From the human T2T-CHM13v2.0 reference genome, Homo sapiens, in NCBI RefSeq assembly GCF_009914755.1, contig NC_060932.1: a stretch of 64,000 nt of DNA, one strand, 5' to 3'. A model generated the notes under the pieces. It searched no databases, was not told the origin of the DNA, and saw only the letters and a list, made by a program, of their open reading frames with translations. A program made the position numbers and the translations under genes. Shown in pieces: positions 52,382 through 64,000 of this stretch; the first letter of the stretch is position 1; each line of letters opens with the position of its first letter.

Positions 52382-52794
52382 AAAGATCTTAATGTATTTG
52401 AAAAAAGGCATTGGGCTGTGTTGCTTTTGCATGTGATTCTGGTTCATTTAAACCCTCTGGTTTCTCTGACCTTGTGTGAAAACTCTTTTATATGCATTCC
52501 TTCAACTGTGAACAAACATTATCATCTACTGTGTGCCAGATTTAAAAAAAACATGAAACCTATAGTTTTATGTACAAGTTAAAATAAAGATATTCTCTGA
52601 CAAGTTTATTACACATAGACACTGCTTGAAATAATTTTTAGAGAATTTATTACATTGGTAAGAAAGAGTAGTCCAGGAAGAAGACATCTGAGAAAGGAAG
52701 CGAAAACAGAATTTAATATGTTTTCTATTTTAAATGATACTCTAAACATTTATATTCTTAAAAGACTCAGGCTAAAATAGCACATGATACCATG

Positions 52795-53165
52795 TACTAT
52801 GGTTTAATGTGTCCCCCAAAAGTGTGTATGTTAAAAACTAATCTCCAACCCAATGGTATTGAGAGGTGGGGCCTAATAAAAGCCGTAATGAGTGGGTTCA
52901 TCTTATTCTCTAGGTGAAGGGTTAATAACCATAATAGTGGCTTTGTTATAAAAGCAAGCTCTCTCTGGCTGTCTTGCTCTTGCTTTCTCACCATGTGATG
53001 ATCTTTGTTATGTTTTAATGCAGCAAGAAAGCTTCTACCAGATGTTGATGCCATGCTCTTGGACTTCTCAGCCTCCAGAACTATGAGAAATAATGTCTTT
53101 TATTATTATTATTAATTACCTAGTCTATGGTGTTTTGTTGTAGCAACAGAAGGCAAACTAAGATA
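52795..53165 (+). mobile_element. MaLR solo LTR (MSTC/MSTD-like)
   Basis: TACTATGGTTTAATGTGTCCCCCAAA...GGACTTCTCAGCCTCCAGAACT...AACTAAGATA. 5-bp TSD CCATG at 52790-52794 and 53166-53170. Confidence 0.88.
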
Positions 53166-54059
53166 CCATGGATATCAACTTGGGAGGAAGGTTTAATTTG
53201 TTGTGTGTTCAGGATAGAAGCAACTAGGAGTTAAAAGTGTGCTGTGATACACATTTTGTTTTAAGAAGTACATACATTTGATAAATTTCAAACAAATAGG
53301 GAAATATAGCCTAAATAAAAGATTTTTATACAGGTAAACCCCACAAGACATAAAATGGGAAAAAATGTGTCCAGTATAAAACAATAAGGAAGAAAAAATA
53401 AAATTATGTATAAAAAATAGAAACCACATAATATTAAATAAATGTAAATAAGCCCTCTTTAACACAAGTAATAATAATTGCTAATGGCATAAGTTTCTTG
53501 ATCAAGACATGAATATCCACAATGAATTTAAAAATCAATTCGATAATGTAATAAAAAAGATGAGAACGTTTGAAAGGATATATTTCCGCTCAATCCTCCA
53601 CTTTCCATTCAATTAGGCTGTAATAAGGACAAAGCCTCACTTTTGAGATTTGATTGATGGCAGTTTTTCAAGTCCTCAGCTTTTCTTTTCCTCTTTGCCC
53701 CACATCTCAACAACAAGATTCTGAACCTCAGTTCTGGCTCCATCCACTAATCACAATAAAAGCCCCAAACCACCAATGTTTCCTTTTTGTTTAACTCCCA
53801 ACTGTATCTGAAATATTCTCTTTGAAAACCATTTTGCTATTTACTCTGTGAGCAATACAGCTTATTTCTCATTCCATTGGTGCTAATGTATCATTCCTCT
53901 CATTATCCATAAATCATTGAGGAGAGGGATTGTGGATGGCAACTGCTCAACCTCCAGCAGGGGATTCTAGGTACCCAAATAAAATAGAGGCTTTTTCCAT
54001 CACAGTGTCTAAAATTTCAGCCTACTACTAACAACTCTGTTTCTTCTGGATGCTTTCAT

Positions 54060-54245
54060 TTTTCAGTAGCACTTGTCACCATCTGACATATAATATGGTT
54101 TTACTTCATTAGTTCAATCTATTATTACATGTTTTTCCTACTAAAATATAAGCTTCAGATAAGCAGGATTGTAACCTATTTCTTTATATCTAGAACCTAA
54201 AGCAGTGTCTCACATTAAACATTCAATATTTGTTAAATGCAATAA
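54060..54245 (+). mobile_element. L2 3'-end fragment
   Basis: TAGCACTTGTCACCATCTGACATA...TAGAACCTAAAGCAGTGTCTCACA...AATATTTGTTAAATG. Confidence 0.6.
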
Positions 54246-54249
54246 TAAA

Positions 54250-56815
<2,566 letters not shown>

Positions 56816-57404
56816 CCTACTCTGCTCTATGTTTCCTATTAGTTTCACTTAGTTTGATGTTGGTTTACCCATATGGGCCTAGATTTTATTTCAATTTCTA
56901 CATTGCTCAGACTTCTATCAGCTGCCCAACTCTTTTCGTATCTCCAGGATTAGATGCAGGTGAGGCAGCATGCAGTCTATGCTTAGTTTACTATGTGATC
57001 CTCCCTTTTGTAACATTGCTTATAGTACTTATTAATTCTCATACATCTGCATAGTTCCCATTTTATTGGGTGGTTTGTCACTCTCAAACTTTTTTCTTCC
57101 TTATAAAGCAGGAAATTTAAAAACATTCTCAATTATTTTTAGTGATTCATACATAGACAAAGTGGATCCAGCTGACAAGTTCTTGGCTTCCACTGGCAAC
57201 AAACTCTTTCCTGAACAAAAGGGCTATCTGAGAGCTGAGAGCACAGCACACAGTGTTCTATTCTTTGGAACTTGAGTCCTCTGTGTGCCCTTTGAAGTGT
57301 CACAAAAAAAAAAAAAAAATCCTTAACAAACAAAGCTTCCCATTACAGGATCCCTACCTACTCCTCTCGTCTCAGCTTTTCACTTCCTGAATTTCACTTT
57401 GTGT

Positions 57405-57405
57405 C

Positions 57406-57436
<31 letters not shown>

Positions 57437-57466
57437 TATATACACAACAACATATATATATATATG
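57405..57466. repeat. (TA)n(CA)n compound microsatellite
   Basis: Seen directly. Confidence 0.9.
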
Positions 57467-59963
57467 ATGTTGATAGTTCCTGAATTTCATCTGTAAAATG
57501 AAATTTTATTATTTTATATCACAGTTTTAAACTTCTATAATTCTATATCATAGCTGCATATGAAGAGCACATGAAATTCATGAGACTGAGATTTATATTT
57601 GATCTTCACACCATGGTTGTTAGGCATATATGTATAAAAATGGCAAAATGGTGAATAAAAATTATTTTATTGTAAGTATACATTTATATCTGATAATTCT
57701 TTCTATATTTTGTCTCCCATCCCAACTAATTTCAGAGTTTTTGCAATGCCTTTGTTTTAGGACCAGAACATAATATTAACACATAAACTATTTTACCACA
57801 GAATTAACCTATAAATACACTCAGCATGTATTGGATACTGTAGCAGCTTCAATATAGTTTGTAAACATTTGGTCCAGGTTTTTACAAAAGGCTTTTATTC
57901 TGTAATAGTCTATCACCCAGGTTTCTTTGATTCAAATTGTTATCACATCTCGATGTTTTTTCTAGTTCTCTTAAAGCATACATCCCATTTAAAGACTTTG
58001 GTCTATGAAGACAGTCACAATTAGTTGAGCTGTAAATATGATTTTGTTTGGTTTTATTGTTTATACATTTTAGTATTTAAATTTTGACAGATATAGTTTT
58101 TGAAATACTCTATGCATAACTACAAGATTTTTTAAAATCTAGAGAAACAAGCAGAACCTCTCTTTCAGTTATAATTCCGGGTCTCATATATATATTTTTA
58201 TTTAAAATGTAAAGCCATTAGATGGAGAAATTGGATCATCCACTACGCTTTGAAAGGTGATTACAGACCATCACAGAACTGAAAACACTCAGCCTCTTTA
58301 AATCCTTCACAGCAGTATAATTTAAATAATAATATAAATTGTCTTATAAAGAAATAAATGTTAAACTTACAATTAAAAATTCAGGGAAGAAAACAAAAGC
58401 AATGCGGACTAATGCTTAAATTGTTCCTTCTTTAGTTGTTAAATCTATAGTTTTTGTATCGATAATGAAGTTTTTAAAAGGCATATAATTTTTAATTGCT
58501 AATTACTGTTAATTTGGGTTTCTTAGTAGTTTTGTGCTAATTTATTTGCATACAGGTCTGAAAGCTTTCGATGAATTAGATATTCAGTTTTTTAGTTATT
58601 TTCCTATTGCTATGTGTTTTTAATTAGAGAAGCTGTGTTTTGTTCTGTTCTATTAAAAATAATAGCTGCTCTAATATTCACATCAAGTTCTCAAATATAA
58701 TGTAAATAACTTATTGATTGGTAGATTTCTCGCTTTATTTTATGGCTGCATAAAGATATGATATTATTCCCCTCTTGTTCTTTCTAATAATTATTATTTT
58801 CTTGGAGGAAAAGAGAAATTCAAGACTGAATGATTAGTTTATTTTAAAAGTAACTTGTTAATTAAAGAGAAATTAAATATGAAAATATGACAAAGAACTA
58901 AAAATTATCTGATTTTCCCTATCAACTGTGTTAAATCTGTATGTCTTTATTTCTTTTAATGTATTGAAAGAGCCTCAAAGATCAGCAATGTCATAATATT
59001 TGCCTATACTTTTAGGCATAAGAAAATGAAAACTGTATGTCTATTTCACAATATTTTATTCCTCCTTTTCTCTCTCATTCTTTGACCTACTTTCACAACT
59101 CAGTTTTAGCTAACCATTTTGTGATTTTGAAATATTTACATGTTTTCTTGAATTTTCATTTTGATGCATATTTTTAAGCAGGAGTAAATTATAATAATGT
59201 GAAAGGATAACCTAATCAGTGAGACCCATTTTGAAGAAATTTAATTCAGAAGTAGTTTTCTTTAATAAAAATGTTAGTGTATATAAAATGTGATTAAATT
59301 TGGCCCTATGAATTATATACAAATCTTAAATACAATTTTTGCTGTAAAAATATATCATGAATTGAGAAGAAAAAATTCTTCAGTAAAGAAAGCAAATTAG
59401 TGAAGTTCAAATAAATAAATCTTTGTTTTTTAAAGATTAGGTTTTAAATTCACAGTGTGAATGGAATTTTATGTGATAATTGTCCTTTTCTATCTATGCA
59501 TTTGTTGTTATAAATTTTAACTATCTTGACAAGATACTGATAATTAATTCTTGATGACATAATTCTTTTCTAATCTAGACTAAATAACAAAGGGATTCAG
59601 AGACTTCCTATATTTCTTGGGAAAAAAATTTGTTTTAAGGTGATTGAAAGTGTAGTTTTCAAAATTTCTAGTCCTTATGGCATTTATAATGAAGGAAATA
59701 TTACCATAAGTTATATTGAGAACCTAGTATTGTAATCCACCGTACCCTACTGCAGTAACCGTAACAATGAGTCTTCCCAAACAGTAACTGAAAAAAAGGC
59801 ATTTACTTAATTGGTATGTATCTACATAACATTTAATACTCAGAAAATTTGCAGCATGCATATATATTTAAACTTTTTGATGATGAAAATGTCTATGAAA
59901 GCAACCAAAGTGGACATTTTATTTCATTTGCTTCTTTTCATGATAACTATGCACATAAGAATA

Positions 59964-60324
59964 CAGGTTGAGCATTCCTCATCCAAAAATCCAAAATCCA
60001 AATGCTTTAAAATCGGAAACTTTTTGAGTGCTGACGTGATACCACAAGTGAAAAAGTTCACAACTAACTTCATGTGATGAATCACAGTCAAAACACAGTC
60101 AAAACTTTGTTTCATGCACAAAATTATTTAAAATGTTGTATAAAATTACTTTCAGGTTATGTGTTTGAGGTGTATATGAAACATAAATGAATTTCATGTT
60201 TAGACTTGGGTCCTATCCCCCAGGATATCTCATTAAGTATATGCAGATATTCCAAAATGCAAAAAAATCTGAAATCCAAGACACTTCTGGTTCCAAGCAT
60301 TTTGGATAAGGAAAATTCAACCTG
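59964..60324 (+). mobile_element. Tigger4b/MER46 (Zombi) non-autonomous DNA transposon
   Basis: TIRs CAGGTTGAGCATTCCTCATCCAAAA and TTTTGGATAAGGAAAATTCAACCTG, TA duplication on both sides, 361 bp. Confidence 0.9.
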
Positions 60325-60329
60325 TACTA

Positions 60330-60870
60330 CTTACAAGTAGCCTATTAAAAAATACTGTATATATTACCAAAAAGTTAGAAAACGAAATGGAAGAAAATTA
60401 TCTTTTAACATATAAACAAGAAGATAAAAATAAATGTGTGAATAAACTTAACAAGAAATATTCATCTGCTACATAAAATTAATTTCTAAATATTGAGAGA
60501 AAATTCCATATTGTAAATGTGCTAATTTTTTCTAAATTAATCTATAAACTCAATTTAATTTTAATAAAAGTACTAACTGCAATGTTTTCCAAATATGATA
60601 ACCTTATTTTAAAATGCATATTAAATATAATCTTAAGGTTATCTAAGAGTAGATAAGAAATTCTAAAAATGTAATAAGGGGTGGGGCACTCACTGTGCTA
60701 GACAATAATATTTATTATGAAGCTCTAGTATTTTAAGCAGTTTGGTACTGGATATAAATAATTAGTAGAATAGTTCAAAATCCAGACATACATGTATGTG
60801 GAAAGGAATTATAGGATAAAGGTACTGCTTCAGACCTGTGGAGACAAGATAGATTAAATATCATTTTTTT
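60330..60870 (+). mobile_element. Degraded L1M ORF2 3' fragment
   Basis: GAATAAACTTAACAAGA, CTAAATTAATCTATAAACTCAAT, TTTTAAAATGCATA and TTTGGTACTGG are L1M-like. Confidence 0.55.
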
Positions 60871-60899
60871 ATTGTTTGAATTATTTAGCTGACTGTGCA

Positions 60900-61130
60900 T
60901 ATTAATTTTTAAAAAACATCATGTATATGTAATTATTAGAGAATTTATATGTATAACATAGACATTTACATATATGAATATAAGATAACATGTAATATAT
61001 TAATATATACATATACAAAACTGAATAAAATACATGTTTATATATGTGTCTGCATATATACATGTGTATATAAATATATACATATATAGTTATGTGTGTG
61101 CATACATTATGTATAGATATGTATGTGTTT
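60900..61130. repeat. TA/TG-rich low-complexity tract
   Basis: Seen directly. Confidence 0.8.
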
Positions 61131-62582
61131 CAAAGAAAAATAAAAATGCTTAAACATACATTAGATACATTGTTTTATGGTAATATGTTCCTAATTTTCA
61201 TTTCATGGGTTTTGGGTTTTTTTGGCTTTTTTTGCTTCAAGAAAATGGTACATCATAAAAGTATAATTTTAAACTCAGGATGTGGACAAAATAAAAGCTT
61301 TAGGAAAAATAACATTTGATCCTTTTTCATTTTTCACAGAAATTAAGTCAACATAACGCACGGGATAAAATTTCTGAAAAGATACCAATGAGAAAACTCT
61401 ATATAAATTTTATTTAGAAATTTAGATGGTATTATTTAAATACTATAGTTAATTTAATCGTTACATTTAATATTTTAAAACCAAAATTTAAATTTAAATA
61501 TAAATTTAAAATACCATTTCTGCGATGATGAGGTATGTATTCTGGTATTAAAAAGAAAATAAAAATAAAATTATTCTTATAGTGATTTCAGTAAGGAGCA
61601 CATCTAACAGATTCTGATTGGATAATAATGTAATAACTCAACTAAATAAATATAGATGGAGAATCCCAATCCAAAATTGAAACATTAATAAAATTCATTT
61701 AAAAAATCAAGTAAATATCCACAATTATTACCCGCCAACTAAAAAGGAAAAAGAAAGAGAGAAGTAATTAATAAATGTATTGGGGAAAAAAGTAAGCAAG
61801 GAGATTGACAGCTCTGACATAAAAAATATAAACAGAGAAAGAACCCGCCCTAATTTCATGGAGTTCAATTTTCAAACAAGAGTTAGATCATTGGTCTCCA
61901 AGTTCATTTACTCTTGGAAAAGAAAAGCTTTCTGTTTTAAGAGTAAAGGGCTTATTTTAATGACAGATTCTTCTTACACTACAATATTATTTAAGTATAA
62001 ACAAATCAGAACTATATGGATTGAGTTTCCTTCCAACAGCACATGGCTTGTATGTTACAGGGAAACCCCTCCAGGCTACATGTTTTATCAAACCTAGAGC
62101 ATACTGAAATAGTTTTAAGATGTTAAAAATATACAAACTGTGGCCAAAAGTACCCATTCCTGAATCAAATAAAACACCATGATCATAAAATTCTATATAT
62201 ACTGTTTAGAATAGAATAGCGTGGGAAACACCAACATTTGCTAGAAGGTGTAATATATTTCTGCAGAAAATTCTAAGGCTATCTACTCTCTCTTCCAAAA
62301 ATACATCATATCTATAACATTAAAGAAAACATTTAATCAAAGCATCAATGAATAATGTGTACCCAGGCACACAAAGAGGAATCACTTCACAATGTGATAT
62401 TCCAATATGAAGGATAGGCATAACTTACTCTGTTTCATTAAGATGTATTTTTCCTTCATTAACACCCATATCCTATTCCTCCTATGGTAGATTCACACTA
62501 CCACTTCCTTCTTAACACACACGCACACACACAATGTTCATTTTTAGCTTCTTTGGAATATAATTCATTTTAGTGATTTTGG

Positions 62583-63596
62583 TGTTGCGGTGATGCTGTA
62601 ATGCATCAACTTAATTAGATTGACCTACATATTTTAGAATTTGCTTCCCTCTGTGTTTTGTTAGAGGGTCCGCATGTGAGGTTCTTATGGGAGATTTTGA
62701 AGGTGGAAATAAAACCACAATCATTGTGTTGCTCACCTATGTTGTTCCTAAGCTTCTGGCTTAACTCATGGGTGTGAGGCTGTAGCCATGCCTGAAACTT
62801 CCCCAAGGATATAATTTGGATATTTGGCCCTGCCCAAATCTCATGTTGAAATAGAATCTCCAGTATTGGACGTGGGGCCTGGTGGGAGGTGTTTGGGTCA
62901 CGGAGGCAGATTCCTCAAGGCCTGAGAGATCCTATCCTGTCCCCAAAACAGTAAGTAAGTTCTCACCATATCTGGCTGTTAAAAAGTGTGGCACCGTCCC
63001 GCATCCTTGCCCTTGCTCCTGCCAGGTGAGATGCCTGATCCCCCTTTGCCTGCTGCATGATTGTAGGCTTCCTGAGACCTCCCCAGAAACAGATGCAGGT
63101 GCCATGCTTCCTGTACAGCCTACAGAACCATGAGCCAGTTAAACCTCTTATAAATTACCCAGTCTCAGGTATTTCTTTATCACAATGCAAGAATGACCTA
63201 CTACACCCACCTTCCTCATACTGTCCTTCAGCGTTTCCAGCTCCTGGGGGAGGAGCCTGTGTTTAGATCCATGAGAAAGGACCCTGAGTTTTAGAGGATA
63301 CCTACACCATCCATGAACTGACAAGGATTTCAGTCCAAATTCATGGGTTTGTTCTTGTTCTCCATCAGTGTGATTTGAGTTTCCAGGTTATTCTTGCCCT
63401 CCTGCACTTTCCTTACTGGTTGCCTTTCCTTAGGACTCATGAACATGACAGTCTCACAGAGGCTGCCTGACCAGCTCTCACAATTGCATTAGGTCAATCT
63501 CTGTAACAAAATGGTTAATACAAACATACACGCAAACAGACACACACATATATGCATATGCACTTCTGCTTCTGTAATTGAATCTTTACTAGTATA
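62583..63596 (+). mobile_element. Old ERVL-type LTR (MLT2/LTR16/LTR33-like) hosting the MST
   Basis: Start TG...GCATCAACTT and end CTTCTGCTTCTGTAATTGAATCTTTACTAGTATA resemble ERVL LTR termini. Confidence 0.45.
62807..63205 (+). mobile_element. MaLR solo LTR (MSTA/MSTB-like)
   Basis: GATATAATTTGG...CCCAAATCTCATGTTGAA...TAAATTACCCAGTCTCAGGTATTTCTTTAT...CTACA. Imperfect TSD CCCAA/CCCAC. Confidence 0.88.
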
Positions 63597-63777
63597 AATA
63601 CTTGGAACTTAAGGCTCACTGGCAGCAGATGGATAATATATTTGGAAATCAGGAAGTTCTTCGAAAGAGCCTATCATTTACATAGCTATATACACTGCTG
63701 ATTTTCAAGTTTCGGCTTTGAAAATACCTATGCAACAAGTATTAGATGTGGATGTTGATTGATGTGTTCTTGAATTT

Positions 63778-63910
63778 CTGGTCAGTGTTTTTTGGTTGCA
63801 AGTGACAGAAACCTAGCTTATACTAGCTTAGATTAAAATAAAATCCATTGAGCTATGTAAGCAAATAATAAGAATGGTAGAAAAACTAGAAACAGGAATT
63901 GAAATGCCAT
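63778..63910 (-). mobile_element. MLT1 (J/K/L-like) fragment
   Basis: TTGGTTGCAAGTGACAGAAACCTAGCTT is a typical MLT1 terminus motif. Confidence 0.55.
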
Positions 63911-63937
63911 CGGAACTTTCAGTGATTTCTAAATTGC

Positions 63938-63986
63938 TTTTCAACTTCTTTTTCAACTTCTTTTTCAATTGTGTTTCAACTTCTTT
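63938..63986. repeat. Short tandem repeat of TTTTCAACTTCTT
   Basis: 3-4 imperfect copies. Confidence 0.8.
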
Positions 63987-64000
63987 GTCTTTCAAACCAA

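Overview
Primate genomic DNA, probably hominoid given AluY/AluS elements and an L1PA3-type 3' end. It is made almost entirely of repeats, and I can support no host protein-coding exon or RNA gene. Layout: (1) 1-6840, AT-rich flank with L2/MIR relics and two Alus. (2) 6841-34990, a ~28 kb SATR1/SATR2-type satellite array of roughly 370 monomers of ~75 bp, each carrying a GTGTACAC-centred palindrome. It has an inverted ~6.5 kb core (~24270-30738), a distal block that re-copies proximal segments, and one embedded Alu. (3) 35001-39927, a minus-strand L1PA6-8-like element with its 5' end present, cut off in ORF2 by the satellite. (4) 39951-49687, a complete but decayed minus-strand HERV-W/HERV9-supergroup provirus, most like HERV30/LTR30, with tRNA-Arg PBS, GTTG TSD, pre-gag ORF remnant, gag-pro-pol, a small pol-env ORF and syncytin-1-like env. 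(5) 49688-64000, old L1M, Alu, MaLR, Tigger4 and ERVL relics. The most interesting signal is at the satellite/L1 junction: its filler bases can be rebuilt from two short pieces of sequence lying just outside the opposite end of the array, 28 kb away. This suggests the whole satellite block was captured into a single double-strand break. All family and subfamily names are from recognition by eye, not from database searches.
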